Translations under genes and position numbers: made by a program
Assembly (NCBI GenBank): GCA_963779415.1
Contig: CAVZYA010000002.1
Span: 736,001-800,000, forward strand
DNA length: 64,000 nucleotides
Origin: an uncultured Acidobacteriota bacterium
Lineage (GTDB): Bacteria > Acidobacteriota > Thermoanaerobaculia > UBA5066
Reading direction: 5' to 3'
In this document: piece after piece, positions 50,254 through 60,763 of the stretch
Numbering within the stretch: position 1 is the first letter of the stretch
How the letters are laid out: every line of letters starts with the position of its first letter
The notes under the pieces: generated by a model
The model's database searches: none
Told to the model about the DNA's origin: nothing
The model's input: the letters and a program-made list of their open reading frames with translations, nothing else

Positions 50254-50589
50254 TCAGAAGCTGGAGACGGCCTGTTCGCGGTCGTCGTACGTCTCGAAAA
50301 CGGAGTCGAGACGGGTCAACTCGAGGAGCCGCCGGAGCTGCGGCCCCACGGCGACGAGTTTCGTCTGACCGCCGCCGCTCTGCGATTCCGTCAGGGCGCG
50401 GACGAGAGCGCCGAGGCCGGTGGAATCGACCGAACGCAGGGCGCTGCAGTCGACGAGGATGTCCACCTTCCCTGTCTCGAGCAGGCGGAGGATCTCCCGC
50501 TTGAAGGCCGTTTCGGAATCTCCGATGACGAGATCGCCGGAGATCGAAACGACCGTTACGCGACCGTCTTCCTCGATCGAAAGCTGCAT
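50254..50589 (-). CDS. STAS-domain anti-sigma-factor antagonist (RsbV/SpoIIAA-like)
   Basis: VSISGDL, VDSTGLGALV with phospho-acceptor Ser, LLELTRLDSVFE. Confidence 0.9.
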   Translation of the reverse strand: MQLSIEEDGRVTVVSISGDLVIGDSETAFKREILRLLETGKVDILVDCSALRSVDSTGLGALVRALTESQSGGGQTKLVAVGPQLRRLLELTRLDSVFETYDDREQAVSSF

Positions 50590-50634
50590 GGCCCGGATTC
50601 CTGACGGAAGAATGGCAGAAGAACGGCCGGGAAG

Positions 50635-51549
50635 CTAGAGGGCGAGGAGGCGGTGGGGGACCCCGCCGGCGCACCGAAGGGCGGTCTCCCGGGAAATCCC
50701 GGAGGAGGCGAGGCGGTCGACGCACTGGTCCAGCGTGGCGGCGCTCCCGGCGAGGTTTCCCGAGGCGTTCCGGACGGCGCCGTCCCGGAGCGTCAGCGTC
50801 TCGCCCCAGACGGGATACGCCCCGTCGGGGAGCCCGGCGGCCGGGACGGCATCACTGATGAGAACGACCCGGTCAGGGCCCTTCACCTTGAAGACGAGCC
50901 GGAGCATGTCGGCGGAAAGGTGGTGGAGGTCGGCGATGACATCGACCGTGACCGCGTCGTTCGCCAGTCCCCAGCCGATCGGCCCGACGTCCCGGTGGTG
51001 GAGCGGCTTCATGGCGTTCCCGAAATGGGTCATGTGCCGTGCCCCGGCTTCGACGGCGCGGTCGAGGGTCCGCGCGTCGGCTTCCGTATGGCCGATCGCG
51101 ACGAGAAAGCCGCGCCGCGAGAACTCCCGGACGAGGTCGACCCCCCCCGGGATCTCGGGGGCGAGCGTCACGACGGGGCGGCCGGGAAACCACGCGATGG
51201 CGTCGAAGAAGACGCCGACGGCGCGGTCGTCCTTCCCGTCGAGGAGATTGGTCGGGTGGAGCGCGCCGGTGCGGGCAGGCGAGACGAAGGGCCCCTCGAA
51301 GTGGATCCCGAGCGGGATCGCCCCCCGGCCGTCTCCCTCCCGGCGGCTTCTCATCCAGGCCGCGAGGCGGGCGACGAGAGGCTTCAGGTCGGCGAGAGGC
51401 ACCGGGACGAGCGTCGGAACGAAGCCCGCGACGCCGCGCGAGGCGAGCCCCTTTGCCAGGAAGTCAAGCCCTTCGGAGTCTGCCGAAAGGACGTCGATTC
51501 CGAACGCCCCGTGGATGTGGATGTCGACGAGGCCGGAAGGCTCCTTCAC
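50635..51549 (-). CDS. nagA: N-acetylglucosamine-6-phosphate deacetylase
   Basis: GLVDIHIHG, GIHFEGPF, TLAPE, GHT, THFGNAM, DLHH, ISDA, LAGS. Confidence 0.9.
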   Translation of the reverse strand: MKEPSGLVDIHIHGAFGIDVLSADSEGLDFLAKGLASRGVAGFVPTLVPVPLADLKPLVARLAAWMRSRREGDGRGAIPLGIHFEGPFVSPARTGALHPTNLLDGKDDRAVGVFFDAIAWFPGRPVVTLAPEIPGGVDLVREFSRRGFLVAIGHTEADARTLDRAVEAGARHMTHFGNAMKPLHHRDVGPIGWGLANDAVTVDVIADLHHLSADMLRLVFKVKGPDRVVLISDAVPAAGLPDGAYPVWGETLTLRDGAVRNASGNLAGSAATLDQCVDRLASSGISRETALRCAGGVPHRLLAL

Positions 51550-52404
51550 GATCCGCCCTGCTCTGGAGGCGAACTGAGCGCGAGGGTGATGTTGTTTTTC
51601 TTCTTAGAAAGAAAGAGACGGGCGGCCTCGCAGTCGAGCCCCCACTTCGCGGCGACGAGGGCGGTCGGGAGATTCCATTCACTCTTTCTAAGCAAATCCT
51701 CGGCGTTCTCTTTGGACGTTTCGGCCAGCTCCGAGACGATTCGGATCGCGCGCTTTTTGAGCTTCTCGTTCGTCGGTTTCATGGCGACCATCTCGTCGCG
51801 CCAGACGAGGCCCCTCTTCGCCATGACGGCCGTCGAGAGCATGTTCAGGACGAGCTTCTGCGCCGTCCCGGCCCGCATCCGGGAGGACTCCTTCAGGACT
51901 TCCTCTCCGACGTCGACGAGGATCGGAAATTCCGCCTCCCGAAAGAAGCGGCGTCGCCGGCCGGCAGACGAGTGCCGCCGTCAGCGCCCCCATCTCCCGC
52001 GCGTGGCGGATCGCCCCGCGGACGTACGGCGTGGCGCCGCTCGCGGCGATCCCGACGACGGCGTCGCGCCCCGTCATCCCGGCGGCCTCGAGGTCGCGCG
52101 CGCCCGTGTCGGCGTCGTCCTCGGCCCCTTCGACCGCCTGGAAGAACGCCTCGCGTCCCCCCGCCATCAGGGCGACGACGAGCGACGGGTCCGTTCCGAA
52201 GGTGGGGGGGATCTCCGCGGCGTCGAGGGCGCCCAGCCGCCCGCTCGTCCCGGCCCCGACGTAAAACCAGCGTCCCCCCGCCTCGAGCCGCGCCGCGATC
52301 GCGTCGGCGGCGCGGGCGATCGAGGGAATCGCCGTGGCCACGCGCTCGGGAACGTCACGGTCCGCTTCGGAAAGGCGGCGAAGAAGCGCGAGCGTTTCGC
52401 TCAT
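51546..52404 (-). CDS. murQ: N-acetylmuramic acid 6-phosphate etherase; frameshifted near 51880-51960
   Basis: [38 protein letters not shown]; second frame [26 protein letters not shown]. Confidence 0.88.
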
Positions 52405-53342
52405 CGTGGGGTCCCGGTCCTGGCGAGGGCGAGGCGGACCGCGCCGATCTCGGGTGGGTAGGCGGGGGGGTGGAGGCGGGCCTCCGGGGCGACCGTACGG
52501 ATCCGCGCCTCGAGCGGCTCGAGGATCAGGTCGCCCGCGCTGAAGACGCCGCCGACCGTCGCGATGCCGAACCTCTCCCGCTCGAGCTTCAACTTCTTCA
52601 CGAGCGTGAGGACAGCGAGGGCCAGCTCCTCGACGGCCTCGCCGAGAATCCGGAGAGCCTCGCCGTCCCCTTCGCGCGCCGCCTTGAGGACGATCGGAAA
52701 GTACGCGGCCACGTCGGCGGGCGCGCCGTCCGTCCGGTAGATCCGCTGGAGCAGCTCGTCCGAGGTCTTCATCCCCTCGGAGGCGAAGAGAAAGTCGCGG
52801 ATCCGCGTCCGCGGCCCGCGCCCGTCGAGGTCGCGGACCACCGCGGAGAGCCCCTGCCGGGCGATGAAGTAACCCGACCCTTCGTCTCCGAGGACGGGGC
52901 CCCAACCCCCCGTCCGCCCTTCGGTCCCGTCCACGCCGCGGCCGAAGACGATGGCCCCCGTTCCGGCGATCAGGACGAGGCCGGGGCCGTCCACCGGTCC
53001 TTCGAGGGCGCCCGCGAGGGCGATCCGGGCGTCGTGCGTCACGAAGACCTTTCCCTGGCCGTAGTGCTCCTCGAGCGCGGACGTCAACCGGGGGCCGATC
53101 CCCGCAGCTTCGACCCCCGCGAGGCCGCATGCCACGGCTGCCGCCGCCGAGGGATCGACCCGCGCATGCTGGGCCGCGTCGCTGACGGCGTCCGTCACCG
53201 CCTGTACGACGCGCGGAAGAGCGCGCGTCGCCGCGTTCGCCGGCCCGCCCGATCCCCGTCCGAGGACGGCGAGCGTCGCATCCGCCACGACGGCGCGGGT
53301 GTGCGTCCCCCCTCCGTCCACGCCGATGAAAAAGGGAGCCAT
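52401..53342 (-). CDS. BadF/BadG/BcrA/BcrD-type GlcNAc/MurNAc kinase (MurK-like)
   Basis: [34 protein letters not shown]. Confidence 0.85.
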   Translation of the reverse strand: MAPFFIGVDGGGTHTRAVVADATLAVLGRGSGGPANAATRALPRVVQAVTDAVSDAAQHARVDPSAAAAVACGLAGVEAAGIGPRLTSALEEHYGQGKVFVTHDARIALAGALEGPVDGPGLVLIAGTGAIVFGRGVDGTEGRTGGWGPVLGDEGSGYFIARQGLSAVVRDLDGRGPRTRIRDFLFASEGMKTSDELLQRIYRTDGAPADVAAYFPIVLKAAREGDGEALRILGEAVEELALAVLTLVKKLKLERERFGIATVGGVFSAGDLILEPLEARIRTVAPEARLHPPAYPPEIGAVRLALARTGTPR

Positions 53343-53390
53343 CGAGGCGAGCTTAGCAGCGGGGAGCGGGAGCGATTAACCTCCGGGACG

Positions 53391-55355
53391 ATGGTGCGGC
53401 GCGGGCGACAGGGATTCCTTCCGGTCGAGGCGACCTCTCGAAAGGCTCCATGGGCTCTCGCCGGGCTCCTCGCCTTCGCGTTTCTGACGAAGCTGGCGGT
53501 CCTCCTCTCGCTCGGGAGCCACCCGCTCCTCCAGCCCGACTCCGGCCTGGACACAGGGGCCTACGTGAACCTCGCCTCGCGCGTCGTTTCGGGGGATCTC
53601 CTTCTCGGCCACGAGCCGTTCTTCGTCTCGCCCTTCTACGTCTACTTTCTCGCGGCGATCCTCGGCCCGACGGGGGGCTCGCTCTTCGCCGTCCGGCTCG
53701 TCCAGATCCTTCTCGGGACGGCGGCGGCGGGGCTCGTCTTCGGCACGGCGCGACGGCTCTTCGGGGACGGAGCCGCTATCGTGGCGGCGGTTCTCTATCT
53801 CCTCGCGGGCGTCGTGACGTTCTACGAGATCCTGATCCTCCAGACGGCGGTCGACCCGTTCCTGACGGCTCTGGCGCTCTTCCTGCTGGCCGTTGGGCTC
53901 ACGTCACGGAGTTTTTCTTCGAAGGGGGAAAAGGAAGGTGCGGGTGCGAACGGCGGTCATTCGTGGGGGATCTGGGTTTCAGCGGGGGCGGCGTTCGGGC
54001 TTCTCGCTCTGAACCGCCCCAACTCGCTCCTCGGCACGGCGGCCGTCGCCTTCACCCTCGCGGTGCCGCCCCTCGCCGCGCGCCGCCGGGACGGGCTGCC
54101 CTCTTCTCTTTCACTCGAAGAAAGTCCTCTTCGGACCTTCCGGCCTGCAGTGACCTTCGTTCTCGGCGTCGCCCTCGCCATCGCCCCGGTCACCCTCCGC
54201 AACCTCGCCGTTTCCCACGAGCTGATCCTGATCTCCTCGCACGGCGGCCTGAACTTCTTCATCGGGAATAACGCGGAAGCCGATGGGACCTATCACGCGG
54301 TCCCCGGGATCACCCCGTCGATCGAAGGACAGGCCGAGGACACGAAACGCGTTGCCGAGAGCGAAGCCGGGCACCCGCTCTCGGTCCGGGAGGTCTCGGC
54401 TCACTTCAGCCGGAAGGCGTGGCGCTGGATCGCCGCGAATCCGGGTTCGGCCGCGAGGCTCTTCGCCAGGAAGGTCTGGTACGTCCTTTCGGGAGACGAG
54501 GTGCCGCTCAACTTCTGCTTCCCGTGGTACCGGGAGAAAAGCCTCCCCCTGAAGCTTCTCGTTGTCGGCCCCGGCCTTCTCGTGCCGCTGGGGGGCGCGG
54601 GGCTCGTTTTGCTGCTGCTCGGCTCCGGAAAGCTCCCGACGCGGCTTGCCGCGCCGTGGGTCGTTTTTGCGCCGGTTTATCTCCTTGCCGTCGCCGCCTT
54701 CTTCGTCGCGACCCGGTACCGACTTCCGCTCTTCGTGCCGCTCGCCGTCGGGGCCGGGGGGGCGGCGGCGCTCGTCTTCGGCGCCCGTCACAACCGCGAG
54801 AGTCGCCACCTCGTCGCCGCCGGTCTCGTCGCGGCTCTCCTCGCGGTCCCCGCCCTCTGGCCGACGGGGCTCTGGGACGCCGCCGCCGACGAGGAGATGC
54901 ACCTCGTCCTCTGGGAGATCGAGCGGGGGGACGCCGGGGCGATGCGGCACGCGGAGACGGCCGCCTCGCAGCATCCCGATCCGGCGCTGGTCTGGGTACG
55001 TATCGGGGCGTCGTTCGCGGCGGCGGGAAAGAGCGACGAGGCGATCACGGCGTTCTCTCGTTCTTACGGGATCGACCCGAACCGGCCCGGAACGGCGCTG
55101 GTTCTCTCGTCACTTCTCGAGAAGCGGGGGCTTTCGCGCCTCCTTGCCGGGGACGCGGCGGGGGCTCGCCCCGATCTCGAAGAGGCGGTCCGGCTGGACG
55201 AAAAGAACGCGGCGGCGTGCCTGAACCTCGCCGTGGTCCTCGCCGAAGCGGGGGAGACGAACCGGGCCCGCGCTCTCGCGCGGCAGGCGCTCGATCTCAA
55301 GCCCGACTACGAAAAGGCCCGCTCGCTCCTCAAGGCCCTCGACCGGATGAAATGA
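53391..55355 (+). CDS. GT-C (family 39-like) membrane glycosyltransferase with C-terminal TPR repeats
   Basis: LDTGAY, SPFYVYFLA, RPN, GGLNFFIGNN, RYRLP; TPR tail. Confidence 0.78.
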   Translation: MVRRGRQGFLPVEATSRKAPWALAGLLAFAFLTKLAVLLSLGSHPLLQPDSGLDTGAYVNLASRVVSGDLLLGHEPFFVSPFYVYFLAAILGPTGGSLFAVRLVQILLGTAAAGLVFGTARRLFGDGAAIVAAVLYLLAGVVTFYEILILQTAVDPFLTALALFLLAVGLTSRSFSSKGEKEGAGANGGHSWGIWVSAGAAFGLLALNRPNSLLGTAAVAFTLAVPPLAARRRDGLPSSLSLEESPLRTFRPAVTFVLGVALAIAPVTLRNLAVSHELILISSHGGLNFFIGNNAEADGTYHAVPGITPSIEGQAEDTKRVAESEAGHPLSVREVSAHFSRKAWRWIAANPGSAARLFARKVWYVLSGDEVPLNFCFPWYREKSLPLKLLVVGPGLLVPLGGAGLVLLLLGSGKLPTRLAAPWVVFAPVYLLAVAAFFVATRYRLPLFVPLAVGAGGAAALVFGARHNRESRHLVAAGLVAALLAVPALWPTGLWDAAADEEMHLVLWEIERGDAGAMRHAETAASQHPDPALVWVRIGASFAAAGKSDEAITAFSRSYGIDPNRPGTALVLSSLLEKRGLSRLLAGDAAGARPDLEEAVRLDEKNAAACLNLAVVLAEAGETNRARALARQALDLKPDYEKARSLLKALDRMK

Positions 55356-55358
55356 GAA

Positions 55359-55380
55359 GGCCCGGCGTCTCCGCCGGGCC
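55359..55380. terminator. GC-rich hairpin between convergent genes (probable terminator of the minus-strand receptor gene)
   Basis: GGCCCGGCG-TCTC-CGCCGGGCC; followed on the minus strand by TTCTCATTT. Confidence 0.55.
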
Positions 55381-55452
55381 CGTAGCTCCGGCAAGGGAAT
55401 GGGGGGGTGCGAGCCCGTCAGTCATGCCGGAGCGGCGTCGCTCCCCCAGAGC

Positions 55453-58241
55453 TCAGAAGTCGAGCTCGTGCCGTGAGCACCAGCCGCCGCGGTGAGGCCC
55501 AGCTCGTGGCATTTCCGTAGTTCGGGTTCGGCTGGGAGGTCCCCTGCGGTGTCGAGAACCGAATACGGGGTGCCGTTCACGTACGGGTCGTGGTACTTGA
55601 CGCCGTCGACGTTTAGAACGGTCTGCGTGTTGAAGAGGTTGTAGACGCGCGCCTCGAGCCGGAGGTTCGTGGCGCCGCCGAGCTTGAAGGTGTACGCCCC
55701 GAGCAGGTCGAAGGTCGTCCAGGTCGGGAGCCGCTGCGATCCGGCCGGCTCGAGGTAGCGCTGGTAGCCGCTATTGGAGTTCGTGTCCGCGCCGAGTGCC
55801 TGCCACGGAGTGCCGCTCTGGACGGTGAGGAAGCCGCCGAGGGTGACGCCGAACGGGAAGTCGTAGCTCCCGATCAGCTTGAAGATGACCGGGCGGTCCT
55901 GTGCAAGGCGGCCGTACCGGTACGGCTCGCTTGTGTAACCGCCGGGACCGTCGTTCGAGGTAGTCGAGGTGTTGAACGTGCCGGCCCGTAGTCGTCGTCG
56001 AAGTTGCCGTAGAGCTTGCTGAAGGTGATGTTCGCGTCGGCGTACCAGCCGTTCGAGTAGCGCTTCTGGACGTCGAGCGTGATGGCGCGGTAGACGCGCC
56101 GCGCGTCGGGGAAGTTCGCCGCCTGGAAGAGGCTTCCGGAGTTGTCCGGGTTGATCGGCGTGTCCTCGAAGGGGTTCTTCAGGTTCCGGTACTGGTAGTA
56201 GGCGTCGAAGCTGACGTCCTTGGTCACCGCCGCGGAGTAGCCGAGGACCCACTCCTGGTAGTAGGGCGGCTTCAGGTCGGGCGGGATGTACTTCCCGGCC
56301 GAGGAGGCGCGGATCTGCGTCCCCTGATAGACGCCGGTCGTCGGGTCGAAGAAGGCGTAGCTCTGGGAGATCCGGTACGGGGCGAAGGAGCGCGCCGTCG
56401 ACTTCTGGTCGAGGTTGGCGTACTCGCCGTAGCTCGAGTAGAACTTGTCGCTCGAGAGCAGGTTCGGGTTCCAGGTGATGCCGAGTCGCGGCTGGATCTC
56501 CTGGCTCCAGTTGAACGTCATGAAGTTGTAGCGCGTCTCGGTCTGGGGAGTCGTCGTGCCGCAGACGATGCCCGGCTTGCAGACCTGGGCGAAGTCGTCC
56601 TTGTTGGCGAGGACGCCGAGGTAGACCGTGACGTTCTTCCAGGTGACCGTGTCCTGGAGGAAGGCCGAGTAGGTCCGCGCCTTGGCGTACTGCTCCGGCT
56701 GGGTCGGGTAGTAGCGGGCGCGGATGCTGGCCCGGTCTTCGAGGTGCCGCAGACGGGGCCGGGCAGGTCGAGCCGGTGTTCAGGAGGGCCCAGCCGTTCG
56801 ACTGCCGGAAGACGTCGTCGTCGGTGTCCTCGTACCCGCCGCCCAGCTTGAACTGGTTCTGCGTCGGCCCGAGGTCGAGGAACTGGCTGATCGTCGCCTT
56901 GACCTCGTTCCGCGTGTACTTGTCGCCCGTAGTCGACGAACTGGTAGACGCCGGCGTTTCCCGGTCTGCCGGGCCGGGTCGTCGTACTCGCCGTATGCGC
57001 CGAGGTTGTGCGGGTCGATCGTCGTCGGCATGCTGCTGAGGACGTTCTGCGCCCTGCGTGAGGTCGTTTTCCTTGTAGTAGACGTACTTCGCCTCGACGA
57101 CCGTGTCCTTGGAGGCGAACCAGTCGGCCGTCGCGTTTCCGATGTAGTTCGTGGTGTCGGACCCGTACGCGGCCGTTGGGGCGATCGTAGATCGAGGCGA
57201 ACTGGTCAGTCGACTTGCTCGGCAGCGCCCGGAAGCCGGCGTTGACGAGGACGTCCTGGCCGGCGAAAGGCCGTCAGCTTCCCGAAGTAGTCGCCGTCGT
57301 GTCGTCTTCGAGTCGGGCTGCGTCGTCGTGACGCCGCGAACTGGCTCGTCTGGCCCAGCGTCTGTCGTGTCGTAGTAGGCCGCAGAGGCGTACCCGAAGA
57401 GGACGTCCTTCACGATCGGGAACCCGATGTTCGCCTGGCCGTTGTAGGTGCTCTCTTCCTGAGGTCGTCGTCGAAGTCCTTGTTGGCCTGGAAGGAGCTG
57501 GGGGAGAGGTTGAACTGGACGGTCCCGGCGACCTCGTTCGTCCCCGATTTCGTGACGGCGTTGAACATGGCGCCCGCCCGTCCGGCCGAACTCGGCCGAG
57601 ATGCCGGCCTTCTTGACGTTGAAGTCGGCGATGTCGAGCTGGTTCGTGTTGCTCCCGAGATTGCCGTAGCCCGGGTTCGTGATGTTGACGCCGTCGAGGA
57701 GGAACTTGTTGTCCTGCCGCGTCGCCGCCCGAGATGGCGACGTCGCCGATTGCCGCTCGTGTCGTTGGCGACGCCCGGCGACCATCTTGATGAGCCCCTG
57801 GTACGTTCGTTGCCGAGCGGGGAGGTCCTTGATGACCTTCTCGCCGTAGTTGAAGTTGACCTCGGAGGCCTTCTTGTCGATCTCGGACATGGCGCCGGTC
57901 ACGACGATCTCCGTCTTCGTCGTCTGGATCAGGACGAGCGTGAGCTGGGCGTCATTGTCGACCGTGACGAGAACCTTCTGGCTCGCCGTCCCGAGGCCCT
58001 TCAGATCGGCCGTGACAACATAGTTTCCCGGCAGAAGGATCGGGAACTTGAACCCGCCCCCCGCGCCCGTGACGGTGTTGCGAGGCGCCTGAGAGCCGGT
58101 GACCGTCACCGTGGCGCCGGGAACCGGGGCCCCGGTGCCGTCTTTGACGACGCCGGAGATCGACCCGGTCTCGGTCGCGAAGGCGGTCGTGGCGGTCACG
58201 ACGAACGCCACCGCGACCAGAATCCTGAGAACGTTTTTCAT
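55453..58241 (-). CDS. Oar-like TonB-dependent receptor with carboxypeptidase-regulatory-like N-domain; many frameshifts in the assembly
   Basis: Signal peptide; TGSISGVVKD.TGAPVPGATVT; LLDGVNITNP; SAEFGR; QPRLGITW; YNLFN; ends ...LDF*. Confidence 0.8.
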
Positions 58242-58423
58242 CAAGCCTCCTCCTCCATTTTGAGAGAGATTTTCAGGATGTTGAGATACCTGCAGCGATG
58301 TTCCGGCATTCGGATCTCCGTCGGGAGATCCAGAATTTTGAAGGTTCGTCCCGACGGTCGAGCGATATTCGAGAGACTTACGTCACAGACACCCATGAAA
58401 GACAACAACGCGAAGGATAAATC

Positions 58424-58438
58424 GCAAGCTCCCTGCCA
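58424..58438 (-). promoter_or_regulatory. Candidate sigma54 promoter for the TonB-dependent receptor
   Basis: Minus strand TGGCAGGGAGCTTGC, GG-N10-GC, in an AT-richer intergenic region. Confidence 0.5.
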
Positions 58439-58503
58439 GTCGAAGAAGATGTTCATTTACCGGGAGAGAATGCCGGCGCGGCCCGGGGATCCGGGCCGTC
58501 TCC

Positions 58504-60098
58504 ATGAAATCGATCCGTTTCTTCTCCTATCTCGACCGCGCTCTCCGGGCCGCTGCCCGGCTCGGAACGGGCCGGACGCTTCTCCTCGCGGCGGCCGTCC
58601 CGCTCGCGCTCCGTCTCCTTCTCCTCCCGGTCTTTCCCCGTCCGCTTCCCGAAGTCCACGACGAGTTCAGCTACCTTCTCCTCGCCGACACCTTCGCCCA
58701 CGGCCGCCTCGTCAATCCGGCCCCGCCGCTCCCGGAGTTCTTCGAGTCATTTCACATCCTCGTGACGCCGGTCTACGCCTCGATGTATCCGGTCGGGGAG
58801 GGGCTCGTCCTCGCCGCCGGGCAAGTCCTTCTCGGCGATCCGTGGTGGGGGGTCTTTGCCTCCGTCGGCCTGATGTCCGCAGCCGTGGCGTGGCTCCTCC
58901 TGGGCTTTGCGCCACCCCGATGGGCGCTCGCCGGGGCGCTTGCCTTCGGCCTGATCTACGGCGTCGAGCACTACTTCATGAATTCCTTCTGGGGAGCGCC
59001 GCTCGCGACGGCCGCGGGGGCCGTGATGGCAGGGGCGCTCGCCCGGCTCGTTCTTCCGCGCGAGGGGCCGCAGAAATCCCTCTCTCTACGGATTTCTCCT
59101 CGGCGCGGGAGCGGGCGTTCTTCTACATACGCGCCCGTGGGAAGGGTTCTGCGCAGCGCTCCCTGCGGCGCTCGTCTTCGCCTTCTGGCTCGTCCGGTCG
59201 CGATGGGAGACGTTCGGCCGCAGGCTCGGGCGCGTCGCGCTTCCCGCGCTCGCAGCCGTCGGGGTGGCGGGGGCGGCCCTCCTCGCGTACGACGCGCGGG
59301 TGACGGGAGATCCGCTCCTGCCGCCCTACCTGATGAATCTCAACCGTTACTACGTCGCGCCCCTCTTCCTCTGGCAGGGGGAAAAGCCGATTCCCGCTTA
59401 CGACCACGACGTGATGCGGCGCTTCTACGTCGACTGGCGCGAGAGCGAGCGGTCGGTCCGGCAGGACGTGGATGCGAAGAACCCGCTCTACGGCTTCTGG
59501 CTCTGGTTCCACACCTTCAAGATCGTCGGGGGAGCGGCGCTGGCCTGTCTCCTTCTTCTCGTCTTCCGGCGGAACCGGAAGACCGCGCTCCTCCTCGTCC
59601 TTCTCGGCGGCTTCTTCGCGGGGCTCTCCCTTCAGTCGGTCCGGCTCTTCCACTACCTCTCGCCCGGCCTCGGACTGCTCACCGTCGCCGTCGTCCTCGG
59701 GCTTCGGACTCTTTCCGCCGTTCGGTTCCGGGGCTGGCGTCCCGGCCGGCATCTCGCGGTCGTCCTCGTCCTCGCGGCGGCGATCGGCCTCGTGCGGAAC
59801 ACCGTCCTCACGCTTCGCCCCGGGGAGAGGGGATACGGAATCCGGCGGGCGGAGATGGTCGCGCGTCTCTCTGCGGAGGAGGGGAAGCAGCTCGTCTTCG
59901 TGACGTACGGCCCGCGACACGACGTGCACCAGGAGTGGGTCTACAACGGCGCGGATCTCGAAGGCTCCCGGATCCTCTTCGTTCGCTCGATCTCGCCCGA
60001 TGCGAACGAGCGGCTCCTCGCGCTCTACCCCCGGACGCCGGGCGTGGCTCCTCTCGCCCGACGACGGGGACCGCCTCATCCCGTATCCTCGTCCCTGA
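58504..60098 (+). CDS. Multi-pass membrane protein, probable GT-C-like glycosyltransferase; frameshifted
   Basis: HDEFSYLLLADTFAHGRL.NP, SMYP.G; continues in ORF 59264 (VTGDPL..PY, EWVYNGADLEG); natural end RRAWLLSPD...PYPRP*. Confidence 0.65.
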
Positions 60099-60105
60099 AT
60101 ACTCC

Positions 60106-60763
60106 GTGCCGCACGCTCCTCTACCTCCACGGCCTCGCCTCTTCGCCGAAGGGGAGGAAGAGAGCGATCCTCGAGCAGCGATTCGGGCCCGAAGGAATCA
60201 CGGTCGTCGCACCCGACCTGAACGTCCCCTGGTTCCGGGAGCTTGCCTTCGAGGAGATGGTCGCGGAGGCCTCCGAAGCCTGCTCGGAGGCGAGGCCGGA
60301 CGTCGTCGTCGGCAGCTCGCTCGGCGCGCTCGTCGCCCTCGCGGCTCTCCGGCCGCTCGGGCCGGGAGGGCCTCCGCTCGTCCTGATCGCCCCGGCCCTG
60401 GCGTTCGGCGCGCGATGGGCGGAGAAGCTTCCGGAGACCGACTTCCTCGAGATCTTTCATCACGGCGAGGGACAGTTCCTCGAGATCCACCGGGCCTTCT
60501 TCGAGGAGATGGCCGGCGTCACCGTCGACTTGGAGCCGCCGCCGGTCCCGGTCTCGGTCGTCATGGGAACGGCGGACGAGTCGGTCCCCTTCGCCCAGGT
60601 CGAAACGCGCTGGAAGGAGTGGGAGCTGTCCGGACGGCTCGCCGCCGGGTCGCGGTTCCATCGGATCGAGGGGGGAGACCACGGCCTGATCGGGCATGGC
60701 GACGCGATCGAGGCCGCCGTGAGGGAGCGCCTCGGTCAGGACGTTTTTCCGACCGTCAGGTAG
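60106..60763 (+). CDS. YqiA/YcfP (UPF0227) alpha/beta esterase
   Basis: LLYLHGLASSP, GSSLG, GTADESVP, GGDH; start probably affected by a 1-nt indel. Confidence 0.8.

Noticed and set aside
59264-60763. Membrane protein-YqiA esterase fusion ORF
   Set aside because: Produced by indels near 60030 and 60109; the natural stop at 60098 and GTG start at 60106 are recoverable.
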